Origin: an uncultured Oscillospiraceae bacterium
GTDB taxonomy: Bacteria > Bacillota > Clostridia > Oscillospirales > Ruminococcaceae
NCBI GenBank assembly: GCA_964369235.1
Contig: CAYJEQ010000005.1
Coordinates: 2,464 to 66,463 of the forward strand
DNA: 64,000 bases
Direction: 5' to 3'
Part shown: positions 35,840 through 45,134 of the stretch, piece after piece
How the letters are laid out: every line of letters begins with the position of its first letter
Position numbering within the stretch: the first letter of the stretch is position 1
Translations under genes and position numbers: made by a program
Notes under the pieces: model-generated
Told to the model about the DNA's origin: nothing
Seen by the model: only the letters and a program-made list of their open reading frames with translations
Databases searched by the model: none

Positions 35840-36427
35840 CTACTTAATAATCTTATCTAAACTATCTGTTAGTTTCTTCAGCGCTACGCCACGATGGCTA
35901 ATACGGTCTTTTTCCTCATCTGAAATCTCAGCAAAGCTACCTTTTTCCACATAGAAAATCGGATCATAACCAAAGCCATTTCCCCCTGAGGGTTTATAAC
36001 CGATATTACCTTCACATCTGCCTTCAAATACATACTCGGTGCTGTCCTTATCAATAAAGGCAATTACCGTAGCAAAATAAGCAGATCTGTCACTGCTACC
36101 TGTGGCATCAATCTCTTGTAGTAGAGTGGCGATTTTTTCATTATAAGGGGTTTCCTCTCCAGCATATCTGGCAGAATACACCCCTGGTTTACCATCAAGG
36201 CAGTTTACACAAAGCCCTGAATCGTCGGATATAACTGGTTTACCTGTAATCTTGTGGATTGCTCTTGCTTTAATTAGGGCATTCTCCTGAAAGGTTGTGC
36301 CGTTTTCCACAATTTCCACATCAATTCCCATATCCCCCATGGATACTACACTAATCTCATAGGGCATAAGAATACGATTAAGCTCCTTAAGTTTACCTTT
36401 ATTACTGCTGGCTGCTATCACTAACAT
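35840..36427 (-). CDS. rdgB: Non-canonical purine NTP pyrophosphatase (RdgB/HAM1)
   Basis: Motifs: LVIAASSNKGKLKEL...SDDSGLCV...GFGYDPIF. The ORF track has a GTG start at 36436. I prefer the ATG at 36427, which is 8 nt after GGAAGG. Either start overlaps the ftsY 3' end. Confidence 0.85.
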   Translation of the reverse strand: MLVIAASSNKGKLKELNRILMPYEISVVSMGDMGIDVEIVENGTTFQENALIKARAIHKITGKPVISDDSGLCVNCLDGKPGVYSARYAGEETPYNEKIATLLQEIDATGSSDRSAYFATVIAFIDKDSTEYVFEGRCEGNIGYKPSGGNGFGYDPIFYVEKGSFAEISDEEKDRISHRGVALKKLTDSLDKIIK

Positions 36428-37364
36428 CCTCTTCACCTTCCTCTTCCATCAGTTTAATATCACCGAATAGGGCATCGGAAAACTCTGCTGGGTCAAAGGG
36501 TTTAAGGTCATCCATCTGCTCACCTATACCGATAAATTTAACAGGCACCTGTAACTCTTCAATTATTCCAATAACAACGCCACCACGAGCTGTTCCGTCT
36601 AGCTTTGTTAGTACAATACCTGTAAGTCCTGCTGCTTCTTTAAACTCTCTTGCTTGGTTAAGGGCATTCTGTCCTGTGGTGCCATCTAGCACCAGTAAAA
36701 CCTCTACATCTGCCTCTGGGCATTCTCTTGCGATTACTCGAGAGATTTTGCCTAGCTCATTCATAAGGTTTTTCTTGTTGTGAAGTCTACCTGCTGTATC
36801 ACAGATAATAACATCACTACCTCTTGCTTTACCTGCTGCTATAGCATCAAATACTACTGCTGCTGGGTCTGCGCCTTCTCCATGCTTAATAATTGGCACA
36901 TTAGCTCTCTCTGCCCATACATTAAGCTGATCTATAGCTGCTGCTCTAAAGGTATCTGCTGCTGCAACTAGCACAGATTTACCTTCACTTTGCAGACGGT
37001 GGGATAGCTTACCTATAGTAGTGGTTTTACCTACACCATTTACACCGATAATTAGTATAATAGATGGCTTGGTATCAATATGTAGCTGGCTATCACCCTC
37101 TAGCATATGTCCCACTGCTTCTTTAATTAAATCTAGTACACCACTACTGTCAGAAATTCCTCTTTCCTTAGCCATTCTTCTAACTTCGGTACAGATTTTT
37201 TCTGCTGTGTGTATACCTACATCTCCCATAATAAGGGTTTCTTCTAGCTCCTCGAAAAACTCATCATCAAGTTTTACATAGGTTCCTGTTAGTATCTCTA
37301 CACTCTTTATCAGTGCATCCCTTGTTTTTTTAAGCCCTTCTGCAATTTTATTAAAAAATCCCAT
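36402..37364 (-). CDS. ftsY: Signal recognition particle receptor FtsY
   Basis: 320 aa NG domain with GVNGVGKTTTIGKL, DTAGR and TKLDG motifs, plus an acidic C-terminal tail. Confidence 0.95.
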   Translation of the reverse strand: MGFFNKIAEGLKKTRDALIKSVEILTGTYVKLDDEFFEELEETLIMGDVGIHTAEKICTEVRRMAKERGISDSSGVLDLIKEAVGHMLEGDSQLHIDTKPSIILIIGVNGVGKTTTIGKLSHRLQSEGKSVLVAAADTFRAAAIDQLNVWAERANVPIIKHGEGADPAAVVFDAIAAGKARGSDVIICDTAGRLHNKKNLMNELGKISRVIARECPEADVEVLLVLDGTTGQNALNQAREFKEAAGLTGIVLTKLDGTARGGVVIGIIEELQVPVKFIGIGEQMDDLKPFDPAEFSDALFGDIKLMEEEGEEDVSDSSQQ

Positions 37365-37375
37365 GGCTACACCTC

Positions 37376-40300
37376 CTATTTAATATCTTTTTTAAAGTCT
37401 AGCTTAGATTCAAGCTCGGTTACATTTAGTTCTAGTAGTTTGGAGATTCCTTCCTCCTGCATGGTAACACCGTATAGAGTATCAGCTTCCTCCATTGTAC
37501 CACGACGGTGGGTAATGGTAATAAACTGAGTTTTATCGGACATTTTTCTTAGATACCTTGCATATTTACTTACATTAACATCATCTAGTGCCGCCTCAAT
37601 CTCATCTAGTAGACAGAATGGCGATGGGTTAACATGAAGTATGGAGAAATATATTGCTATAGCCACAAAAGCCTGTTCTCCCCCTGATAGGGATTGTAAA
37701 CTCTTAATCAGCTTACCTGGTGGCTGTACAAATATATCAATACCTGATTCCAGTACATTATCTGGCTCTGTAAGGGTAAGACTGGCTTTCCCTCCTCCAA
37801 ATAACTCCACAAAAATCTTAGAGAAATTACTATTAATAGCTGCAAACTGCTCTTTAAATATACTCTGCATCTGTGCAGTTAATTCCTCAATTAGTTTCTG
37901 TAGCTTATTTTTAGAGCTTTCTACATCATCTAGCTGTACCTTTAGGAAGGTATATCTGCCATTTACCTCCTGAAATTCCTCTATAGCGCCCACATTAACA
38001 TTGCCTAATGCTCTAATCTTAGAACGAAGTGTAGCAAGTTTACCGTTTGCCTCAGTAGGATTTTCCACCGGCTGTGCTATTTCCTCTGCCATAGTTCGAG
38101 TAAGCTCATACTCATCCCATAGCTTGGATATAATGCTGTCATATTCACCTTGTAGGGAATTTTTCTTCTCTTCCAGTCTTGCCAGTGTAGAGGAGAACTG
38201 CTCCCTTTGATCCATATAGCCTTTGGTGGAATTTCTAAGGGAAGTAGCTTTCTCCTCATACTGATATCTTCTAGCTTGGCTGTCTGATATCTGTTTACTC
38301 AGGGTTTCTATCTCACTTTTTGTTCCCACTAGCTGATTTTCTAATCTTTCTATATCCAGTATAATTTCCTCACTGGATTTATTTAGATTATCTATTCTCT
38401 CACCTAGCTCACGAGCTCTACTTTGCTGATTATCTATCTGGCTGGTATGCTGTGCTATGGTGGTTTCTAACTGTTCCTTGTCCTTTTGGACTAGGGCTAT
38501 ATCCATATCGATTTTTGTAAGGTGATTTTGTAGCTGTGCATAGCTATCCACTATTTCCTTACCATTATCTTCTAGGGATTTTATCTCCTCACCACAGGTA
38601 GCTAGCTCATTTTCTAAGGTGGTAATAAGCTGAGTTACACTACTGCTTTGCTGGGTAAGTTCCTGTAATCGCTTAGTTAGGATTTCTTTTTCTTCCTGTG
38701 CTTTTTTCTGATTATTTATAGCTTCACTATAAGCTGACTGGGCAATTTTTAGCTGTGCCATTGCTGCAAATCTATCTTCACTTGCTGTTAGTAGCTGGCT
38801 GTCTATTGCCTTAATACTAGCCTGTAAACCATTAATCTCAGCTGTGGCTCTTTCTACATCATCACCTAGGGTTTTAAGGTCTTCTGCTAGTTTTCTACTA
38901 TCTGCTTTTAGTGCATCTATCTCGCTTCTACGAGAAAGCACCCCTGCTGATTGTATCTGGGACCCCCCTGTAAAGGAACCACCGGCATTAATTACCTGTC
39001 CATCTAGGGTTACCACTCGGTATCTATATCCATAGGACTTAGCGATACTTGTTCCTTCGTCTAGATCCTCCACTACAATAATACGACCCAGTAGACTAGA
39101 AATTATCCCACTGTATTTTTCATCATAGGTTACAAGTTTGCTTGCTATACCTACAAATCCATAATGATCCTCTATACCTTGCTCATTTATAATCTTACCC
39201 TTTACCGAAGTAAGTGGTAAGAAGGTAGCTCGCCCAGCCTTAGCTTGACGAAGTTTATTAATAGCATCTTTAGCGCTTTGTTCTGAGGATACTATAATAT
39301 TCTGCATAGCTGCCCCTAGGGCTGTTTCAATCGCTAGGGAATATTCCTGTTTAGTGGAGATAACCGAGGACACGGTACCTAGTATGCCTTTAATCTGACC
39401 ACTAGCTGACGCCTTATGGATAAACTTCACACTATAGTTAAAGCCCTCCATTGCATCTTCCATATCTTTAAGAAGTTTCGCTCGTTGCTCCTTACCTGAG
39501 ATACTATCACGAATATCCTTCTCTTTAGCTAGGATATTATTATAACTGTCCATTCTTGAACTTAGCTTATAGTTATAGCCTTCTTTGGTGTTATTTAGCT
39601 GAGTTACACTTTCATCTATATGGGTAATTAACCCATTGCAGTTTGCCACCTCATCACTTAGCCCCTGTAGATTTTCCTCAAATAAATTATGCTGACTATC
39701 TATCTCCTGTAGCCTACTGGTAGACTGCTCTAGTATTGTAGATGAGGTTGCCCCCTGTAGCTTGGTTTCATTTATCTTATTGTGATACTCTGCCCTTCTT
39801 ACCTTTAAAACCTCTAGGTCTTTGTTAATCTCTAGTAGCTTATTGTTAATATGGGTAGAACTATCCTTTTTATCTGCTTTTTCCTGTATATAATCCTCTA
39901 GGGCTTTATTATTAATCTCTAACTGCTCTATGGATTTTGTAATAATATCCTTGATTTTGTCCCTATCACCTAGGGATAAATCTCGGTCTTTCTCCAGCTG
40001 TGCTATAGAGGTTTTATTATGCTCTAGGGTGTTTTTCATTACAGCAATACTAGAATTACCACTAGCTGATTTCTCCTCTAGCTCTTTAATCTCTAGTCGC
40101 TTGCTCTCCATCTCTACACTGCAGTTTTGCATCTGTAGGAACATATCATTAATCTCTGCTTCTATCTGGTCTATAGTGGCAATCAGTCGGTCATAATCAC
40201 CTTTACATAGGGTAATCTTATCCTCCTGCTCCTTTATTAAACCTTTAGAATTATTTATAGTATTAATCCATAGGGATATTTCTAGGGTTTTCTTCTCGTT

Positions 40301-40957
40301 AGAAAGCTCTACAAATTCCTTAGCCTTAATGCTTTCTTTTCTCAGTGGCTCAATACGCTGTTCTAGCTCCATTAAAATATCTTTAAGTCTTGCTAGATTG
40401 TCCTCGGTGGCTGTAAGTCTGCGCTCTGCTTCGGATTTCTGGTAGCGATACTTTGCAATACCTGCTGCTTCCTCAAAAATCTCTCGGCGCTCCTTGCTTT
40501 TTGCCGATACTATCTCGGCAATCTTACCCTGTCCGATTATAGAATATCCGTCCCTACCTAGTCCTGTATCCATTAGCAGTCCATGAACATCTTTAAGCCT
40601 TACCATAGACTGGTTAATACGGTACTCACTATCACCAGAACGATATAGCTTTCTAGTAATATTAACCTCATCACTATCCATGTCCACTATTCGCTGACGA
40701 TTATCTATAGTCAGTGTTACACTGGCAAATCCCTGTGCTTTTCTCGCCTGTGTACCACCAAAAATTACATCTTCCATCTTAGCACCACGAAGTGTTTTAG
40801 AGGACTGCTCCCCTAATACCCAGCGCACTGCATCGGATATATTACTCTTACCACTGCCATTTGGCCCTACCACTGCTGTAATTGGATAGTTAAACTCTAA
40901 TTTAGTCCTATCTGCAAATGACTTAAAGCCCTGTATTTCTATTGATTTTAGTTTCAA
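37376..40957 (-). CDS. smc: Chromosome segregation protein SMC
   Basis: 1193 aa with Walker A GPNGSGKSN, long coiled coils, a hinge, the LSGGE signature and Walker B FCLLDEIEAALD. Confidence 0.97.
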   Translation of the reverse strand: MKLKSIEIQGFKSFADRTKLEFNYPITAVVGPNGSGKSNISDAVRWVLGEQSSKTLRGAKMEDVIFGGTQARKAQGFASVTLTIDNRQRIVDMDSDEVNITRKLYRSGDSEYRINQSMVRLKDVHGLLMDTGLGRDGYSIIGQGKIAEIVSAKSKERREIFEEAAGIAKYRYQKSEAERRLTATEDNLARLKDILMELEQRIEPLRKESIKAKEFVELSNEKKTLEISLWINTINNSKGLIKEQEDKITLCKGDYDRLIATIDQIEAEINDMFLQMQNCSVEMESKRLEIKELEEKSASGNSSIAVMKNTLEHNKTSIAQLEKDRDLSLGDRDKIKDIITKSIEQLEINNKALEDYIQEKADKKDSSTHINNKLLEINKDLEVLKVRRAEYHNKINETKLQGATSSTILEQSTSRLQEIDSQHNLFEENLQGLSDEVANCNGLITHIDESVTQLNNTKEGYNYKLSSRMDSYNNILAKEKDIRDSISGKEQRAKLLKDMEDAMEGFNYSVKFIHKASASGQIKGILGTVSSVISTKQEYSLAIETALGAAMQNIIVSSEQSAKDAINKLRQAKAGRATFLPLTSVKGKIINEQGIEDHYGFVGIASKLVTYDEKYSGIISSLLGRIIVVEDLDEGTSIAKSYGYRYRVVTLDGQVINAGGSFTGGSQIQSAGVLSRRSEIDALKADSRKLAEDLKTLGDDVERATAEINGLQASIKAIDSQLLTASEDRFAAMAQLKIAQSAYSEAINNQKKAQEEKEILTKRLQELTQQSSSVTQLITTLENELATCGEEIKSLEDNGKEIVDSYAQLQNHLTKIDMDIALVQKDKEQLETTIAQHTSQIDNQQSRARELGERIDNLNKSSEEIILDIERLENQLVGTKSEIETLSKQISDSQARRYQYEEKATSLRNSTKGYMDQREQFSSTLARLEEKKNSLQGEYDSIISKLWDEYELTRTMAEEIAQPVENPTEANGKLATLRSKIRALGNVNVGAIEEFQEVNGRYTFLKVQLDDVESSKNKLQKLIEELTAQMQSIFKEQFAAINSNFSKIFVELFGGGKASLTLTEPDNVLESGIDIFVQPPGKLIKSLQSLSGGEQAFVAIAIYFSILHVNPSPFCLLDEIEAALDDVNVSKYARYLRKMSDKTQFITITHRRGTMEEADTLYGVTMQEEGISKLLELNVTELESKLDFKKDIK

Positions 40958-40974
40958 AAAGTCACATCCTTACA

Positions 40975-41979
40975 CTACCCCATTACCGGTTCTATAATAA
41001 TTTCCTCAGATTTTAACTGAGGGTTTTCCTTTATTTTTGCTTTGTATCCTAGTTCTTCTAGCTCTAGGATATTTTTTCGCTGTTGTCCTATCATCTTAGA
41101 TAGTTTGCCCTTAGGCACCTGTATAATTATCTCCCCTAAGGGGATATGTAAATCCTTAATTAATCTCTTAACTCTACCTAGCATTATATAGTTATCACAT
41201 AACTCCCTAAATGCTGGATGGTAGGCACCTGCAATCATATCTTCCTCCAGCTGTTTCTCAGCATGAAGTCCTACTCTGATTACATCTATGGCACTTCCCT
41301 CAAAAAGCTCAATTAGTTCTGCTACTAAAGGCACCGACTGCATAGCACTTGGTGGGTTATAACTGCCCTCCTGTACTAGCTGTGCTAGATATGTATTAGG
41401 TAGTACCACTGTTGGATATATTCGAGCTGTTTTAGGCTCTAGGGCAATTAGTGATTTTGCTGTTAATACTGCTTTCTCATGGCTATCACCATAAAGGCCG
41501 GTCATCATCTGTACCCCAAGGTCAATGCCCTCTGATTTTATAAGAGTGGCAGCTTTTATTACATCATCACTGCTGTGTCCTCGTTTATTTAATGATAGTA
41601 CCTGACTATCCATAGACTGACAACCTAGCTCTATGGCTGTAATTGTATATGGTCTGAGATTTATCATTAACTGGCTGTCTATACAGTCCGGTCTGGTGGA
41701 AAATCTAATACCACTAAAAACTCCTAGTTTTACATATCTTTCAGCTAAATCCAGTAAGCTATACATATACTCAGGGTTAATTGCTGTAAAGCTACCACCG
41801 AAAAATGCCAGCTCACAGCCTCTTTTACCTGAGTTCATAACCTCTATACAGATTTTTTCCACCTGTGCTACTGTAGGAGGTAAAGCTCTCCCTGTTATGG
41901 CGTTCTGATTACAGAAACTGCACTGATTAGGGCATCCCTCATGGGGGATAAATACTGCTACATTGCCTTTTATACTCAT
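40975..41979 (-). CDS. Radical SAM protein (ELP3/HemN-like), function unknown
   Basis: 334 aa with a CPNQCSFC (CX3CX2C) motif near the N-terminus. It sits between rnc and smc and overlaps rnc by 4 nt. Confidence 0.7.
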   Translation of the reverse strand: MSIKGNVAVFIPHEGCPNQCSFCNQNAITGRALPPTVAQVEKICIEVMNSGKRGCELAFFGGSFTAINPEYMYSLLDLAERYVKLGVFSGIRFSTRPDCIDSQLMINLRPYTITAIELGCQSMDSQVLSLNKRGHSSDDVIKAATLIKSEGIDLGVQMMTGLYGDSHEKAVLTAKSLIALEPKTARIYPTVVLPNTYLAQLVQEGSYNPPSAMQSVPLVAELIELFEGSAIDVIRVGLHAEKQLEEDMIAGAYHPAFRELCDNYIMLGRVKRLIKDLHIPLGEIIIQVPKGKLSKMIGQQRKNILELEELGYKAKIKENPQLKSEEIIIEPVMG

Positions 41980-42647
41980 CTACCCATTAGCTCCAGTGCT
42001 TCCTTAGCAGCCATCTGCTCTGCTGTTTTTTTACTTCTTCCTACTCCAGAACCGATTACATTGGAGTTTAGGTGAACCTGTACTGTAAAGGTTTTATCAT
42101 GGTCTGGGCCTTCTTCATCTACCAGTACATATCTCAGATGTTCTTCAGGATTTTTCTGGATAATTTCCTGTAGAATAGTCTTGTAATCTACAAAGGCTGG
42201 TTTACTTTCCCTTACTAGAGATCTCTCTACAAAAGGCAGAATAAATTTTCTCGCCTCTTCTACACTACTATCAAGATAGATAGCTGCTATTAGTGCCTCT
42301 AAGGCATCAGCAAGTATGGAAGGTCTTGTTCTTCCACCTGTGTTTTCTTCCCCTTTGCCTAGTTTAAGGTATTTGCCTAAACCTATCTCCTCTGCAAATA
42401 TGTGTAGGGATTTCTCACATACAATAGCTGCACGCAGTTTTGTTAAATCCCCCTCTGTAAGGGAATAGTTGTTAAATAAAAAATCTGACACCACAATGGA
42501 TAGCACTGCATCCCCTAAAAATTCCTGTCGCTCGTTATACTGTAGGTTTTCCTTAGATTCGTTAGCGTAGGAGGAGTGGGTTAGGGCTATCTGGAGAAGT
42601 TTTTTATTCTTAAAGGTATAACCGATTTGTTTCTCTAATCCGTTCAT
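41976..42647 (-). CDS. rnc: Ribonuclease III
   Basis: 223 aa with the NERQEFLGDAVL signature and a C-terminal dsRBD. Confidence 0.95.
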   Translation of the reverse strand: MNGLEKQIGYTFKNKKLLQIALTHSSYANESKENLQYNERQEFLGDAVLSIVVSDFLFNNYSLTEGDLTKLRAAIVCEKSLHIFAEEIGLGKYLKLGKGEENTGGRTRPSILADALEALIAAIYLDSSVEEARKFILPFVERSLVRESKPAFVDYKTILQEIIQKNPEEHLRYVLVDEEGPDHDKTFTVQVHLNSNVIGSGVGRSKKTAEQMAAKEALELMGR

Positions 42648-42805
42648 ATCTATTTCCGTACCTTTCTAATATTTCAGTTAATATTTGTATAATTATTATC
42701 CTAGAAAGTGCTGGAGATACTGAGAAAAACACACTAAATTCTTAACCTGCTTTTCTCAAAATCTCCCCACCCCAGTAATTTTACCCACTGGGGTGGAGTA
42801 TAATC

Positions 42806-43822
42806 TTAATCTTCTGTTTCTTTAATATCCATCTGGGATAGTACAGCCGACATGGTGTCAATCATGCCACTTTCATGGCAACGCTTTGCCTGTCTAATAG
42901 CATTTTTAAAAGCTAGAGGATTGGAGCTACCATGAGCTTTAATAACTGGTTTTCTAAGTCCTAGCAGTGGTGCACCACCAGTTTCAGAATAGTCCATTTT
43001 ACCTCTTATTGCCTTAATATCCTTTAGTAGAATAGCTGCGCTGATCTTATTAGCAAAGGTTTTTGTGAATATATCCTTTAGAGTGTTGCTAAAAGATTTT
43101 CCCATACCCTCGGTAACCTTAAGGGCGATATTACCTGCAAAACCATCACATACTGCCACATCACACATGCCCAGTGGCATATCTCTACCCTCTATATTAC
43201 CAATAAAGTTAAGTGGGCTATTTTTTAGTATACCGTAGGCTTTTACATATGGAGGTAGGCCTTTTGTTTCCTCAACACCGATATTTAGCAGTGCTACCTT
43301 AGGGCGCTCTCTACCAATTATCTTCTCCATATACACACTGCCCATTACCCCAAACTGTGCTAGCATCTCTGCTCTACATTCGTGGTTAGCACCAGCATCT
43401 AGTAGTAGATAGGGGCCATTCTTTGACAGTGTTGGCACTAGGGCACTAATAGCCACTCGCTTAATAGTCTTAATACGCTTAACTATTAAAGTACCACCTA
43501 CAACTAAAGCCCCTGTGCTACCAGCTGATACAAAGGCATCTCCACCAGCTGTGGAAAGTAGTTTTAAACCTACTGCCATAGAACTATTATTATAGCTTTT
43601 CATAATCTCTGTAGGCTCTGCCTCAATAGGCATAACTGTTTGGGCTTCTACTATCTCCATACGGTCTAGGGAGATGTTATTCTCAGCTGCTGTTTCTTCT
43701 ATAATCTCTTTATTACCTGTTAGCACTATGTCTACATCATATTCGTCAATAGCCATTTTACAGCCTTGTAATACTGCTAGTGGTGCATTATCTCCACCAA
43801 AAGCATCAACAATAATCTTCAC
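42806..43822 (-). CDS. plsX: Phosphate acyltransferase PlsX
   Basis: 338 aa starting MKIIVDAFGGDNAP, the characteristic PlsX N-terminus. Confidence 0.93.
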   Translation of the reverse strand: MKIIVDAFGGDNAPLAVLQGCKMAIDEYDVDIVLTGNKEIIEETAAENNISLDRMEIVEAQTVMPIEAEPTEIMKSYNNSSMAVGLKLLSTAGGDAFVSAGSTGALVVGGTLIVKRIKTIKRVAISALVPTLSKNGPYLLLDAGANHECRAEMLAQFGVMGSVYMEKIIGRERPKVALLNIGVEETKGLPPYVKAYGILKNSPLNFIGNIEGRDMPLGMCDVAVCDGFAGNIALKVTEGMGKSFSNTLKDIFTKTFANKISAAILLKDIKAIRGKMDYSETGGAPLLGLRKPVIKAHGSSNPLAFKNAIRQAKRCHESGMIDTMSAVLSQMDIKETED

Positions 43823-43823
43823 C

Positions 43824-45134
43824 TTAAATCACTCCTTGCTCGGTTAATGCATTTTTATATTCCTCAATGCCTTTAAGTGCCTGAGTTTCATATCTTAGGT
43901 TTTTATCCTTAATCCTAACTGGGTTAGGAGGTAGTATACCCATATTACATCCCATAGGCTGAAAGTCCTTAGAATATCCATCACTAATGTAGTGGCACAG
44001 TGCCCCTGTCATTGATGAAACTGGCAAATCTAGCTGAGGTTTACCCTGTAGCTGATGTGCCATGTTAATCCCTGCAATTATCCCAGACATAGCTGATTCA
44101 ATATAACCCTCTACCCCTGTAATCTGCCCTGCAAAGAATATCCGATTATCTGATTTAAATCTAAAGCCTTTATCTAGTAGCTTAGGAGAATTTATAAAAG
44201 TATTACGGTGCATAACACCATATCTAAAGAATGTAGCATCTTTAAGCCCTGGAATCATAGAGAAAACTCTCTTCTGCTCTGGGAATTTAAGATTTGTCTG
44301 AAAACCTACTATATTATACATACTACCCTGTTCATTTTCCTTTCTAAGCTGTACTACAGCATAGGGGCGAATGTCGGTTACAGGGTGGTATATACCCACT
44401 GGTTTTAGTGGGCCATAGCGCATGGTTTCGGCACCACGTTTAGCCATTACTTCAATAGGCATACAGCCTTCATATACTTTAAAGCTGTCCTTCTCAAATT
44501 CTTTAAGAGGTGCCGACTCAGCCTCTACTAAAGCCTCATAGAAAGCCTCGTACTGGTCTTTGGTAAATGGACAGTTAATATAATCTGCATCTCCTCTGCC
44601 ATATCTTGCAGCATAAAAGGCAATATCCATATCTATGGAATCAAAATCCACTATAGGCGCTGCCGCATCATGAAAGTTAAGATATCCTTCCCCTGTTAGC
44701 TCCCCAATAGCCTTAGATAGGCTATCAGTTGCCAGTGGGCCAGCGGCAATAATAACATTGCCCTCTGGGATTGTAGTAGCTTCTTCTTCCACTATGGTGA
44801 TGTTAGGGTGGTTTCTTATTATCTCGGTAATCATATCAGAGAATTTATCCCTGTCTACAGCTAAAGCACCACCAGCACCTACTGCTGTTTCTTTTGCTAC
44901 CTTTACAATTAGGGAATCCAGTATACTCATTTCTTCCTTTAGCATACCTGCTGCTGAACCTACACGCATGGCTTTTAAGGAATTAGAGCAAACAAGCTCA
45001 GCAAAGCCCTTGTAGTGGTGGGCTGGTGTTAGCTTGTTTGGTTTCATCTCGATAAGTGTTACCTTAATCCCTCTTTGGGCTAGTTGATAGGCTGATTCAC
45101 AACCTGCCAGCCCTGCTCCTATTACTGTTACCAT
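43824..45134 (-). CDS. trmFO: Methylenetetrahydrofolate-tRNA-(U54-C5)-methyltransferase TrmFO (Gid)
   Basis: 436 aa with a VIGAGLAGCESAYQLA FAD site. It lies in topA-trmFO synteny. Confidence 0.92.
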   Translation of the reverse strand: MVTVIGAGLAGCESAYQLAQRGIKVTLIEMKPNKLTPAHHYKGFAELVCSNSLKAMRVGSAAGMLKEEMSILDSLIVKVAKETAVGAGGALAVDRDKFSDMITEIIRNHPNITIVEEEATTIPEGNVIIAAGPLATDSLSKAIGELTGEGYLNFHDAAAPIVDFDSIDMDIAFYAARYGRGDADYINCPFTKDQYEAFYEALVEAESAPLKEFEKDSFKVYEGCMPIEVMAKRGAETMRYGPLKPVGIYHPVTDIRPYAVVQLRKENEQGSMYNIVGFQTNLKFPEQKRVFSMIPGLKDATFFRYGVMHRNTFINSPKLLDKGFRFKSDNRIFFAGQITGVEGYIESAMSGIIAGINMAHQLQGKPQLDLPVSSMTGALCHYISDGYSKDFQPMGCNMGILPPNPVRIKDKNLRYETQALKGIEEYKNALTEQGVI

